Shown here one piece after another: positions 1-14,300 of a stretch of 64,000 nt of DNA (position 1 is the first letter of the stretch; every line of letters begins with the position of its first letter). The stretch is from Paraspadella gotoi (Eukaryota; Animalia; Chaetognatha). A model generated the notes under the pieces. The model was not told the origin of the DNA and ran no database searches. It saw only the letters and a program-made list of their open reading frames with translations. The stretch covers positions 18,526,471 through 18,590,470 of the forward strand of contig CM119269.1 of assembly GCA_051294375.1 (NCBI GenBank), in the 5' to 3' direction. The translations under genes were made by a program, and so were the position numbers.

Positions 1-3000
1 TTTTAGGAACTAAGCAGTAAGCAATGCTTAGTTGCTTACTAAGCATAGCATTGCGTAAACACCTGTCGGTCACGTCGTCAGATTCCTCCTTGTAGCTGAC
101 AGGCGCGCGACCGGCGATGAAGTTCCTCGTCGACTTTCTGTTGTCCTCCGAATCGTCCTCCGAACTCCGCGACCGACGACCCCTTCGCGAGTTTCGTCCG
201 CGTGCCGAAACGCGACGGCCACCCTTGCGGCTACGAGCCGAACGTCGCCCCCTATAAGACGAGAAGCGTATTGCAACTTATAAACGAAATTTCTCGGATC
301 AGTTATTTATAAATTGTCACCAAAATAATTTTTCAAAAATAGTTTCCAAAGCCAACTATGTTGTAGAAACTTACCGGTTTTTACTTTTGCTTTTGATCCT
401 AGAGGATGGACGGTAAGCGGCGTCCGAGTCCTGAAAAAAAAATTAAGAACAGCGCAATGCCCATTAAACCTCTATTATGAATTATGTATATTGTATAAAC
501 ATGCCACATACCTCATCCGAAGAGCCAGACTCGGAATCATCTGAAGTGCTTTGCGTGTCTTCATCCTCTGATTCGGTTGAGTTTTGAATGAAATCCTCCG
601 ACGAGCTGGAAGAAATATCACGTAGAAATGGCACTACCAATTTCGGGGACAAACCACAACTGATAATTTGACTCAGGAACTTACTCCCTTCGCTTTTTCC
701 TCGTCGCGCGGCGTCGTCTTCCTCCGTCGCTGTCCGAGGATTCGTCCTACAATGATGATTGAAAGGTGGGGTGGACAGAGAGAAGAGTTGGTGGAGTAAC
801 ATGTGGGTGGAACATTGTTCAGGATGGAATAGGCGAGTAGGCGTGAAGAAATATTGTTATGGGAAAAGAAAAATATAGAATTGGTCATTATTGGGGTTAA
901 TCTCAAATATTTTATAGTTGCGAAGTTAATTTATCAGTCTTTGAAAAATTAGACCTAAGCAAGATTTATCGCTTCGAAAGCTATTTATAATGAACCATTG
1001 CAGATTGCTTGGGTCTCTTTTAAAAAAAATTGCAGCGTGTGGAAGCTGATGCCGTGATCATTTCATACAAGTATCAGAACTTTGGATCTGACAGTAGCCC
1101 CGCTAACTGTGGTCCCTTCTGTGTAAATCAACATTAAGCAGGGCGCGAATCCCAGTCCGGAGTTCGGAAAAACGCGTGATACCAACTGGGGCATACATTC
1201 ACGGTCGAGTAGTGGTTTATTAATTTCCAACGCCACAATTAATAAGAATGAAAATATTCGTGCAACAAATGGAAAAACTCGATTTTAATTTTAGCCATAT
1301 TATTTTTCAAAAGAACCACTGCAATTCTTCTTAGATGTCGGAATAATCAACCAACTAATTTTATAAAAAATAAAACAACAATAAAGAACAAATTAACAAC
1401 GATGTTGCGAATGAACATACCGTTGGACTATCAGAAAATAGTTCCCGCTGAAAAGAAAAAGACATACTAACAAATTTTCAAGCTTTTCAGCGGTGACAAT
1501 TTTTAATTTAAGAATAAATCAGATTTAAAACAAGAACAAAGAAAAATAAGTTCTATACAAAAGTAACGAAAATTATAATGTACATTGTTTTGTACGTAGA
1601 TGCGTGCAGCGAGATTTTGCCTCCAACACCCACCAGCCCTTCACTCATGCTCACCTGAATCTGCATCCGCAGCACCTCCTTCTTTTCGCGCGCCGACCGC
1701 CGGACGCCGAACAGTTCGGGGTTGTGCTCCCATTCGCGAAGAGGCTTACGCTAAGACAAACGATTACCATTATTCTAATTTATTTTCGTTGAGCTAGTTT
1801 TATAATTACTAACGTAGCTATTTACAAAGAATTCGCACATTTAATTTTCAACACTCCGATGACGAGGATAATGAGCAAGTTATTTTTAAATCACAGTCAA
1901 ACAAGGTTAGATATTTTCAATATGTATAACATTGCACCAGTAATCTTTAAAAGCGCTAACCTCGACTTTGGCGACTCCGACCCTCCGTTGCTTTCCTCCC
2001 GCGGTGGCGACGCGCTGGGGGTTTCGACGAGACTTTTGATCTGGGTATTCCTCTTCCTCGGATTCGGAGAGTCGGGTGCCGCCGTGTCTCGAGGGGGCGC
2101 GTATTTCCTCGTCAGAGTCCGAACTGTCGACGTCTGGAGGTTATTCGACGATACGTTTTGTGAATACATATGTAATTAAAAATATATCTTTCATGATTAA
2201 ATCTTAACTTAAGCCTTTGGTAGAAAATTGGTACATATTAATCGCAATATTTTTCGCGATCGACTTCAGCTACTCGTTTACCAACCTTTATTAACTGCAA
2301 CGGGTCCGGAGGGAATGGCAGCGGGGTGCAAGCGGACTTTAGACTTTTTGTGACCCTCATCCTCGGACGATGACGAAGACGACGAAGGAGGCTTAGTCGA
2401 GGAAGCCTCTACGGGCCGACGTCGAGGAATGTCGTCGTCTTCGTCGGGCGTAGTTCCTTTGGTCGATTAGTAATCATTGTACAATAGTCAAAACGTAAAC
2501 AGTTAAGAAAAACAAAACATAACACAATTCAAAAAAATGACTCAGTTGGGACCAAAGAACTTTGTTTACTTTCATATCCTTATTAGTGCATAATCGTTTC
2601 AAGAAAGAAACGTGGTTTACGAATCACAAAAACTAGAAATTGTAAATACAAAGTTCTCTCAGCCAGGCATTACCAGGGGGTCCGGCTTCCTTGAAGGGTT
2701 TGCGCTTTTCAATGGGGCTGGAGCTTCCGGAGTCGGTGTCGCTTCCCGCCTCGCCTTCTTCCGACGACGAGTCAGAATCTTCTAGAGGCTGACAAAAAAG
2801 TTCATATTTAACGAAGGGCAATATAATCGTTATTAATTAATAATACAAGCAGCTTTAAAATATGAACTTTTGTTTTTTTAGGAAAGGAGTTAAAATTGGT
2901 CTTTTGATCCAAGATCGGATAGGTCTAAATAACTCTGTTAGATTTGGTCTTATACATTAGGTGCTTTTCTTACGCTTTATTCATTAAAACCATTCGCAAT

Positions 3001-3381
3001 TTTTAAATTTAAAATGAGGAATAATCACTGCTTATTAAAATAAAGCGCAGAATAAACGTAATTTTTTGTTACAGCTAGATAGGGCTCTCAAGTATGTCTT
3101 TTAAAGAAGTAGGGCATTTTAACAGTAATCCAAAAGCCACGTGTTTCAATATCGATGACGCTTAAACAATACATGATTCTGAATGTTGTTAACTCAAGAA
3201 CAAATGATTTTTGAAAAACGTTTTAACTCAAAAACTGAACTTTCAAATTCGTGGACACTAAACAGATATCGGTACACGTGGATACGCGCAGAGTCGCAGG
3301 CAATCTCGACGATGAGCCACTACATTCGAATTCAGCTAATCTATTTTGTTGTAACCGAGCGAATCAACTAACCTTGGTCAT
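1..3381 (-). CDS. CHD1: Chromodomain-helicase-DNA-binding protein 1/2, N-terminal exons; the gene continues off the left edge
   Basis: Ser/Asp/Glu-rich exons join in phase through GT-AG introns. The exon at ~1655-1745 encodes LREWEHNPELFGVRRSAREKKE and the exon at ~62-251 ends ...RAPVSYKEESDDVTD. Both resemble conserved CHD1/2 N-terminal motifs that precede the chromodomains. The start (ATG ACC AAG|gt at 3381) is tentative. No chromo or helicase domain lies inside the window. Confidence 0.7.
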
Positions 3382-3984
3382 TTTGAAGATTGAAATCATG
3401 AATCAGCAGTCGACTGACTGCATGTTAATGAAGAAAGAAAAAATTTCCAAGTATCTTTTGAATTTTATTAAAACGAAAACAAGTTTTATTAGCACAATTT
3501 ACAATGCACCGAATGCGAAATGGTTCAATGCGAGTTATACTGGAGGGTAAATTGTTTGCAAGGTTGTTGAAGAGGTTGTAGGAAAGTAGGTAAATATCTA
3601 ACTTTCCAAGATGTCTGCGCCGTCCAATCAACTGTTCTTTAGAAGCCAGAACGCGGAGGGATATCATAGCAACGCGGAGCTGCAAAATAGTTCCGTAAGA
3701 AAATAAAAAAAATAAAATAACAGGGCAATGGTCACAGTAATAAATAATTATTGAGTTTTTGATTATGACCATAGCTGTTTTCTAACTCAACAAATAAGTA
3801 AACTAATTTAGCGGTTTATATTATATTATTTGGACGTCTATTTTTTATATTAATTTGGAACAATAAATTATAAACATTTCATGAAAGTTACAAATAATAA
3901 ATTGAATAACAAAATCTTTAAAAAATAAACAGCAATTGTAAAAATTAATATCAGTTAATAGTAATAAATCGAGAAAGATGTATT

Positions 3985-5500
3985 AGATTGAAAATGTTTT
4001 ATTGAATTGAATTTGCAAAGGTTATTTAATTGAATTTGAAAATGTTTTATTAAATTTGAAATGTTTTATTGAATAGAAGGTGAAATATTTTATTAAATGG
4101 AATATTAAATGTTTTAGTCAATTTAAAATATTTTATTGAATTGAATTTAAAATTTTTTTTTCTATTGAATTTAAAAATGTTTTATTGAATGGAATGTGAA
4201 ATATTTTTTTGAATTTGAAAATATTTTTTGCATTTAATTTGCAAATGAGTTTTTGTATTGAATGGAATGTGAAATATTTTTTTGAATAGAATGTGAAATG
4301 TTTTCTTGAATGTGAAATGATTGATTAAATTTGAAATGTTTTATTGAATTTTAAATATTCTATTGAATTTGAAATTAACAATTTTTTTTTATTAAATTTT
4401 AAAATGTTTTTTGGATTGAATTTTAAAATGTTTTTTGAATTAAATTTTAAAATGTTTTTTTTGACTGGAATATGAAATATTTTTTTCAATAGAATATGAA
4501 ATATTTTTTTTAATAGAATATGAAATGTTTTCTTGAATGTGAAATGATTTATTAAATTTGAAATGTTTTATTTAATTTTAAATATTCTATTAAATTTGAA
4601 ATGTTTTATAGAACTGAATTTGAAAATTTTTTTGCATTTAATTTTAAAATGTTTTTTGCATTGAATTTTAAAATGTTTTTGCATTGAATTTTAAAATGTT
4701 TGTTGCATTGAATTTTAAAACGTTTTTTGAATTAAATTTTAAAATGTTTTTTGACTGGAATATGAAATATTTTTTTCAATGGAAAGTGAAATGTTATCTT
4801 TAATAGAATGTGAAATGTTTTATTGAATTTTAAATGTTTTATTGAATTTGAAATGTTTTTAAATTAAATTTAAAAACATTTTATTGAATGGAATATAAAA
4901 TGTTTTATTGAATTAAATTTGAAAATGTTTTAATGAATTAAATTTAAACATTTTTTATTAAATTGAATTTGAAAATGTTTTATTGAATTAAAAATAAAAT
5001 GTTTTATTAAATTGAATTTGAAAATTTTTATTGAATTGAATTTGAAAATTTTTATTGAATTGAATTTGAAAATGTTTTATTGAATTGAATTTGAAAATGT
5101 TTTATTGAATTGAATTTGAAAATGTTTTATAGAATTGAATTTGAAAATATTTTATTAAATTAAATTTTAAAATGTTTTATTGAATAAAAAGTAAATTGTT
5201 TTATTGAATCTGAAATGTTTTGAATCTGAAATGTTGTTTTGAATCTGAAAAGTTTGATAAGATTATTTAATTGAATATAAATGTTTCATTGAATGTAAAA
5301 TGTTTTATTAGATAGGAAATGTTTCATTGGATAGGAAATATTTCACTGGATAGAAAATGTTTTTTTGGATGGGATATGTTTCATTGCATGGGAAACGTTT
5401 TATTGGATGCAAAATATTTCATTGAATAATCAATGTTTTATTGGATCGGAAATAATTTAATAGATGGGAAACGTATTGGATAAGAAATGTTTCATTAGAT
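3985..5500. repeat. AT-rich degenerate tandem satellite (20-25 bp units such as TTTTATTGAATTGAATTTGAAAATG)
   Basis: Units are visible by eye and nearly perfect at ~5000-5170. They drift to TTTCATTGGATAGGAAATG-type units at 5280-5500. Confidence 0.9.
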
Positions 5501-8379
5501 GTTAGGGTTAGAGGTGTTTAGGGTTAAGGTAATTAAATAATTTATTTTTAAATTTTTTTATTTAAAATAAATATTTTTAAGAGGTTTTTTAAAGTCGCCC
5601 AAACCCCGGTTGGCGAAAGTAAAATTTAGCCATTATACCAATCCTTAATATAATTTCTGGGGGTTTTGATAATTACATTATTTGATTTTAATATTAAACT
5701 ATATTATATCAATAAAAATTGATATAATAATTGAAATTTGGGTAGCTTATTCATTTTCCAAGATGGTATTTTAATGGATGATAAATTTGAAATAAAAATT
5801 AATGGTTAAGCAAAAAAAATTATTATCAAAAGTTTTCTATAAAATTTTTATATTTTACATATTTAATACTTTTACAAGTAACAGTTTTATTAACAACTAT
5901 CATTTGATCGTTAATGCAAATATAAACTCTTACTTGCTAAACGTCTTTCAAACACAATAAAAAAAAAAGAAATACGACAACTGCACGGAAGCATTTAAAG
6001 ATTATTTTATTACTATATAAAGTTTAAAATTTTTTTTTATTTTTTTAAATAGATTCTGATAGAGCTTTAAAAGTTAGATAAAGGTTATTAATACAAATTT
6101 TTAAAATTTTTTTGTTTTATTGAAAAAAATTTTAAAAAAACATAAAATTCAGCCAATGATTATGATGATTATTTAAGGTTTTTTTATTTTTAACCCAATT
6201 TATGGTCAAAATTTTAAAAAATTGTAGTACTAACCTTCATTTAACTTTTCAAACTTTATTGGAATCTGTTCTTAAAAAATAAAATTTTTAAAACAATTTT
6301 TTTAAATTTGTTATATATTTAGAAATATTTAAAAGCTTCAGTGCAACAACCCAATGAACTAATTCAAAAAGTTGCATTGAAAATCGATTTAGTAATTGAA
6401 GGAAAAAAGAAATTTTTTTGAAAGAACTAGAAGTTATAAAAAGTGTTAAATTTTGACCCGCCTTAATATTTAATACAAATTTTTAAAAATGTCCAGGCAT
6501 ATCACGATTAACATACAATGAAGGGAACTATAAAAATTATGCAAAATACAATATCACACTACAACTTAGCATTGAAATAAAATTAGAATAAAGAACCATT
6601 ATTTTTTTATTGTAATATGCCAATACAATGCAACATATATCAGTTGTAAACGCAATGCACAACAAATTTACCAAAGCAATATAGCAATTATGCTAAAGCA
6701 ATGCACAATCACCATGGTGATGCGCAACAATACAAAGTATCCAAGTTGCCATACTTTCCTACTTCAATACATATCTACCATAACTGTAAAAAAAATGTAG
6801 TATACCATATCAAATAATTCTTAACAAAAAAATTATAAATACTACAATTAAATAGAACTTGCAACATTTAAACAAATTTACTACAAACTAAAAAAAAAAG
6901 TTTTTAAAAAACGATATTTATTTAAAACTTTCCTAAATTCGTAATAAGATATAATTGTTACTCACCATTATTCATTTAACTTTCAAACCTTCGCACTTGA
7001 GAGGAAGATTGACGCTTGGAATCCCCAGCTTAGATTCAAATTTTCTAATAATATTCTATATAAAAATGTGTTTTTTAATAATTAAAAATATAAATTTATT
7101 TTACTAAATCAATGATCCTGAAAAGTACAAAACCGCTGCTAAGCCTTCACAATTGAAACTATCCATGATGGGTTTGTTATTACAAATGTACATATATGAT
7201 TATGCAACATTGCTTAATTTTCATTGTCCAGTAAAGCTTAATTTGTATTGGAAATTTAATTATAGAGAGCCTTTAAGAACTCGTTATATAGAATAAGCAA
7301 TCCTATTTATTATAAATTTTACGGGATCAAAAAAATTCAAATATTTATTTTGCTATTAATATTTGAATTCACAATCAAGAAATAATTACTAATCACGACA
7401 ATGTCCGAATTAACAGTCTTTTTACTTGTCAAAGAAAAGTTTTGCAAATAAAAACTTTTTCAAACTACTAGAAAAAACCATAAATTAAACAGTCTAACGA
7501 CGAAATATATTGTGAAGAATCAAATAATCACAGAAAAATACTAATCTGAACCATAACAACAAACTTGGGATTTAGCTAAAAATAAACTTTGCTAAGTGAC
7601 AATAACGGTCATATTGAGAAAAATGATTATAAACTCACGTTCAGAAAACATAAAAAAGACCCTTAGGATCATCAAAAACCGTCAAATATCAAAAAACACA
7701 TTTTTTTAACATATCTCAAAAATCGACAATTTACGAAGGAAACGAAAGGTTTTTAAGTCGCAGACTTTTTTTACCTTTTGAATCTGAGCTGAGGTCCCAA
7801 ATCGTCCTCTTTCTAAGCAAGCGAAGAGTCCGAATGCTAGCTTTTCGTAGTTCAAACCTTTAGAAACATCTGAGCGGATGAATACAACGCGGCACGGAGG
7901 AGCAGTTGATCATTAAGAAAAAAATAATTGCTAAGTATTGCTTTAGTTTGGCGAGTAAATCCTGAAACAAAAAGTTAATACTTAAACAAGGACAATATTT
8001 ATCATATAAATCTGGATAAAGCCACAGATTCTTCTATAATAGAGTAATTTGAGGACATTAGAGAAATTTTGAATTATCAACCAACACACCGGGGCGCATA
8101 AAATGTTTACAGAAATTTCTACAAATGCTACTATTAGTATTACCGAACATACTTTTCTTCAAAAACTAGGTTTTAGAGTTAATGAAGGAGGGCAAAATAA
8201 TGAAAAGAAAGACATGTTTACTCAGAATACTCAAGAATTACTCGGAACTGAAATACTGCCGTATCGTACCTATAGAAATCAAAAATATTTAAAAAAGTCC
8301 GATAAATCACTAGACAATTAAATTAATGAACTATAAAGAAAATACAAATAATTGTTTAAGCTTTCTTTTGTAAGATTTT

Positions 8380-8710
8380 ATTTACATAATTAAACTGAAA
8401 TATTAGCCTAGTCATATCAAGATGTAAAATTTAAAATTTTAAGAAAAGAAATTAATAGATTAGAAATATACCAAAAGAAAATTAATTGAGGGTATAAAGC
8501 ACAATAACTTCCTTAACGTGGTTTGAGATCTCATCACTGTTACAAGCTTACAAGCAAATTCTTATGGAAAACTAAACGGGACAGAATTTATAGCCAGAGG
8601 TGGTCAGTCATAACAATCTTTTAACGGTGACGTAAAGATATTCGTCCATCATTCGTCCATCAGCTGATGGAAAAGATGAATCATAGCCGGAACGCCTTCA
8701 GCAATTTCTG
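8380..8710 (+). mobile_element. Possible decayed Penelope-like element 3' end
   Basis: Broken frames loosely resemble a GIY-YIG C-terminus. They are followed by CAGCTGATGG...GCCGGAACGCCTTCAGC, which looks like a degenerate hammerhead/pLTR. Weak evidence. Confidence 0.25.
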
Positions 8711-9132
8711 GAATACTCGACTCGGCTCCCATGCAAAACAAAAAACGATGCCACCAGTTGTTTGGTTCAAAAGAATGCTTTTTTCTCCTTGGAAGCCCAA
8801 GGTAGCACCATAACGGGCTCATTGAGCCAAACCAATCAGCAAATTAGCCAACCAACCACAGTGAGCCAAACCAACCGGCCGAAATTTGTTGTAAATTTCA
8901 ACTTTTCATGGCTAAACGTGATCATCTTAAATACGTACCGCTTGAAAAGATGACCTTTCTCACGTCTCTCTTTCTTCTTGGAAAGACAATTTCTTTCTCT
9001 CAGAGACAAAAAGAAGTCAAACAAAGAAAAGAGCTACGTTGAACTTAGGCTCAGCCTTCATAGTCATTCGACATCTTGTCGTCGTCACGTTTTTTTTTCT
9101 TGAAATGGCCTTCGCCCGTTTTCTGTACAAAA

Positions 9133-10774
9133 ATGTGCTTCCGTCAATTCTGGGACGTTGTGACGGGCGTCGTCATGGGAACGGACATGGCCACAGATTT
9201 CTTGCAAATAGGTACAATGATATCACTTGGTTATTAGCGTTACTGCCAGTCATATTGGCATTCAGTAAGTTAAATGCATAATTTTCCTTTAACTCAACAG
9301 TGGAATTCAGCCATACAAAAGGAGAAAGAGCAGCTCTTTTGTTTCACGTTTCTCTCGGAATTTATATATTTAACGCGATCTTATGGACCTTTATTTATTT
9401 GGCTATAATCTACCTATGGAAAAATTGGCAGGATGGTACGTATGTAATAACTTTAATCAAAATTTTAGCCTTGAAAAATAACCAATGACAGCTATCCTTT
9501 TAGTTTCACGCATAAAACAAAAGTTACTGTTAATACATAAGTTTTACCAACTACCCTCCCTTGATTCCGTACCTCCTTACCATTTCTCCAGCGGAGAACG
9601 ACCCTCTGATTCCTCGTTGGCTACATCGGATGGCCTCATCGACTGCGTCTCCCACGTTAGAGATGGCACCCGACGAAAGCGCGGCGACGCCGACTACGCC
9701 CCGTCCGATCGCCGCCATTCCGCACCGACGGCTTCACAATTGGGTTCAAAGGCCCATAATCGGTCAGTCTTTCAGATCTTTTGAAACCGTGTCATTAAGT
9801 GTTTTTATTAAAGCCTTTTACAGTGTACGTACATAGAGATGGTTAAGAAAAACTAATTTTTCGTGACTAAAAATTCAAATAAGCCTTATAAGGAAATGGT
9901 TGTTAACAAAGTTGAGATAATAATAACATTTATTACAAAATACCTTAAAACCATACAAAATTTGCTTGTTCCTACTTATCTCCCCTTCTTCCGCTCATTG
10001 TCAGGTCTCATGAACGGTGTTCAATCCCACCTCCTCCGTTGCCTCTTCGTCGACGCCGCCTCCGACTGGTTCTCGGGACGTACCTTCATCCGCTGGACGC
10101 GGCGCCGCAAGGGCCTAATGGTGGCATCCACGCTAACCCTGGCGCTGCCGGCGCTTTACCTCGTCTCATTACCTGTCTATGCCGTTTACGGCGCCCTGGT
10201 CGGCGCCGCAGGCTGCTTCGTGCTCTTTCTCGTCCTCCTACTCCTCTTCGCCTCCTGTATCTTTCACCTTTTACTCTTTCTGTGCCTACTCCTCCTATGC
10301 TCCTTCTTCGCTCTCTTTACCCTCACGGTGGGCATGTACGTGCTGCCAGTGGTGCTGACATGCTACGACCGTTCGCGCTTCATTTTGCACATGAAGATTG
10401 TCGAGTCGGTTTTCGAGTCCTTTCCGCAGATCGTCGTCATGAGCATTTATGCGGCAGAGTTCCCTGCTGGGCCAGGAGTCATCGTCTCGCTCGCCTGCTC
10501 GTGCCTCTCGTTGGCTTTTGCTTTCGTCAAGGGGTTCTGCATCGACTCGTGCCACGATGCTGCCGACTTTCGATCGGAGGTGGGCACTTTCAGGAGACGC
10601 GCCGCCTCAAGATGCTCTTCGAGGTCGGCGCCGGAGGAGGTTTATCAAGAGTGCCAAGAGGGCGCAACCGCAACTTTCTCCCCGGACTCGGCGGAGGCGC
10701 CGCCGCCGTACCAAGAGAGGCCTCACAACGCTGGAATCGTTAAGAGGCTTTACGGGGAACCGTTGGCGGTGTGA
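9133..10774 (+). CDS. XK-related (Xkr family) multi-pass membrane protein, 4 exons
   Basis: Exons 9133-9211 (MCFRQFWDVVTGVVMGTDMATDFLQI), 9301-9436, 9591-9763 and 10005-10774 join in phase 1 through GT-AG introns. It has the family-like DxxTD motif after TM1 and the IVESVFESFPQ motif, several hydrophobic helices, and a C-terminal PPPY. Confidence 0.7.
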
Positions 10775-11362
10775 CATCAGAATAAATAGACAAATAGTAT
10801 ATAATACTTCATTGATTGAATATTTAAACCTTTATCTTTTTACTTCGCCCAAAACTCCAATGAACTGAAATCTCATCATGGGATAAACATTTTTGATCAA
10901 TCAATTGCTTTATATGCTTTTTTTCTCTAACTGAATTTTTTTTTTCAAAGTCGTGATTCTTTTTTGTTAACTATTGTATCCGTATTACTAGAATCAAATT
11001 AATTTGCTGCTTGTTGCCTTTTTATTTCTAATAAAATTGCCGAACTGGTCTTAAAGATTGTTGTCACTCCCTTTTTAAAGCTGTTCCAATTAATTAGTGA
11101 CTATTCTTTTTATCTAAGTTATGTATATATAAATAAATATACGTTAAAAAACACGATTCTAGCGGTAATAATATGCAATCATATGTTAACAACATACTGA
11201 ATAAATTCAATACAACACAAGAAATTAAAATCGGTTTGTGGCATTCGTAACAGTAATAAACTGTAAGGAAGACATCACAATACGAAATAAATTTTTTTAA
11301 AATTCGGTAATTAGTTTGACCAACAACAGGAATTGTTCCAAAGGCTCATAAGAGGGGGTTTC

Positions 11363-14300
11363 TTAGGTATATTGGAGATCACTACTAGGTTTGTCTAGTA
11401 ACGGCACATGAAAAGAAGACGGTGGATTAACAGGCGACTCAAGCTGACGAGATGATCCGCTGGGGTAGAAAAAATATATAAGAATTTTAACTCTTATAAT
11501 AATAATTAATTCATCTGTTTTATGCAAGTAGTGAAAAGATACATTTTTTTCACATAGAATTTGTTGTCTTATGAGAGAAAATTGAAATTTACTCACTTTG
11601 AAAATTTTCCGACATCATCTTTGTTGAATCCTGAAGTTGTAGATTTGATTTTTTTTCGTTTTATTTCGACAATGATAAAAATAGATAAAATTAAATCAGG
11701 TTACCCGAATTCCTCTTGGGACTATGTCCCGGCGTTTCATCTGTGTAGTGAGGGGCGACGTACAAATCGTCGCTGAATTCGTCTTCGTCGCGTAAATCTT
11801 CCTCTGTTGAAAATAAACAAATACTTTGGGCTGAAATTCTTAAAAAACGCCTCACCGATTTGAATTTAAAATTTTAACCAAATGCAGCAAAAACTTCTAA
11901 CAATTTATCAAAACCCCCACAATCTACAACGGATATAAGAATTTTCTTCGTATTGAAATTAGGCAATTACGCAGAGAAAAGAATTTGTGATTTGTTGCTG
12001 TCCCTTTCGATCTAGATGCCGTGTCAACGCCCCCTCACCCGTTAGAGTAATCTTGTCAATGCTGTTGAGGCCCCTGACACGCACGCCGGTCCCGGCTTCC
12101 TGATCGAGGGGCGCGTAGCGGTGAACCCCGAAACAGAGCCAGCCGTGGGACCAAGATTGGAGAAGGAGGAAGACGAGGAGAGGGAGGACGATGATGAGGA
12201 CGACGAGGATCGTCACGAGATCCGCAAAGACGGATGTGGAAACTGCGTAAGACTCTGTTTTCATTTCTATATCGTCGACGCATACCAGAACTGGAAGGGG
12301 GGTCGGAGTAAAGGAGAGAGGGAGGGCGAGTGGAAGAAGTCGAAGAAGAAGAAGGGAATATGAAAGAAGGGCGAGAGGGAAAGCGTATGGGGGAAAAAGG
12401 AAAAGAAGGGCGTCGAAATTTAGACTTGCCTGATGAGACGAAGAAAGCCAGTCACCCATCACTGAGTTGGTCGGTTCGTTTCTCTACGTCTTTCGCTACT
12501 TTGTGATAATTTTTCTGATAATTTCTGTGCCGAGACAATCTCGATAATCTAAAAATTATCTACAAGACGTCCTTTTTGATATCGTTTATGATAAATTTAT
12601 GTTTTCTGAATTGAATCGAATTGTGTAAACCATCTCAGAAAGGATTCGGAATCTAAGACATTCGTTATGTGTGACAGTTCAAAAGAAAATAAAATAAAGA
12701 TAAAAGATAGACCGTCATAAAAAATAATTTAGGGTGCGCAGTAACAAAAAATTGTAAGCTCACTGCAAAAATACGCCGAATTTATTAATGAATCATTTAT
12801 TTTTCTCTCGGTTGTTATCATAATCATTTGTCAAGAGAAAAAATCGACAAATATATCGTGGAGTTAGGGAAACAAATCAAACCAAAAACTGTGTTTGGAT
12901 GACTGGAAATTATCTTTTGATTTCATGTATGTATAAAATTTTATTGTATACGAGTATATTATTCCCCCAAATTTTCTCGCTTGATCAGTAAAAACAAAAT
13001 GCTTCCTTACGAGTAATTTTCAAACGGTTATGTTTCAAAATATTTTTGGTTATAATGAAGATAAAGGCAACGGAAAAACACGGGAGGGGCCCGACAGGGT
13101 CAAACCCTTTATTTTCAAGAGTCCACCGGTCCACCCCCCCTCAAAATTAGGGCCGCCGGGCAGAGAGGCGACGGGACGGGACGCTTTTGGAGCGGACCCT
13201 CAGCCCGAAATTCTTGAGGAGATGCCGCAGCCACTTGCGAAAAACTGACTTCTTGACCATGAGTTTCTCGCAATGGCTAGTGCTAATCCGCGTGTATCGG
13301 TACGTATGGAAGGGGGAAGGGGGACGACGGGAGTGGAGAGAGAAGCGGGTAGATCGGGCGGACCGTTTCGCCGCCTCATAGAAACGGCCGGCGCGCCGAT
13401 AGGCTGAGCGAGAGCGAGAGGGATGTCAAAGGGGAGAGAACGAGGAAGCGCGGGAAGACTCTCTCTTAGAAGGCTATATAGCGACATTTTGTTTCTTTTT
13501 CGTCAAAAAATTTGTTAAAAAATTTATATAAGGCCTAATTTGCCCATTCGAACCGAACAACTTTGAAGAATGTTGTCTCACCTTTTTCTCTCGATTTTTT
13601 GCAAACGCAGCATGCGTCTTTGTCGCTAGATTTGGGGTCGCAGCAGGGAATGCACTTTGAAGTGGGACGATGCAGGGCGAAAGGGCCCGGTTGACAGGTC
13701 ACGCAGTTTCCGGGACCCGGGCCTTTACAAGTCAGGCACGAAATGTCGCACTTCTTGCATCCGCCCTGGAAATTAGTTTCAGAAAGTAGGAATTGGAGCA
13801 TAGGACAATACTTTGAGAACATAAGTAACGAACGAAACGTACAGATGACTATGTGCAAGAGAATTAAGATAGGAGGAAAAGCCTGAGTGAACCCGGAGCC
13901 TGCAGTTTAAAAAAAAAAAAATTTTTACCTTTTCTAATTTGTAAAATCCGATGCCGCATTCGCCGGGGAAGCAGACACCGCGGTCTCCGAGAAGCATGTG
14001 TCCGTTGTAGCAGGACGTGCAGTCGGAGTCGGACCCAGGGAAAGCGCATTCCATGCAGGAAGGGTGGCACTCGTTGCATTCGTTCTAAAGGAATGAATTT
14101 TAAAATTAATCTTTACTTGCCACATCGTTTCCTTATATTCAGGACTTTCTCTCACCTTATTGGGCCGAAGATAAGTGCTCTTCGGACACTTTTGTAGACA
14201 CTTGCCCTTGTGAAGCACCGTGGCGTCCGGGCAAGAGAGACAGTCGACGAACTGAGGCCCCTTGCACGTTAAGCAGGAAGAGTGGCAGGCCGAGCAGATT

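Noticed and set aside
5500-5530. Interstitial telomere
   Set aside because: Only two or three imperfect TTAGGG units.
10777-10879. Minus-strand C/D box-like pair
   Set aside because: Lies in the AT-rich 3' UTR of the XK-like gene with no terminal stem or guide evident.
12430-12460. CTGATGA hammerhead-like core
   Set aside because: No correctly placed GAAA after stem II and no stem I or III.
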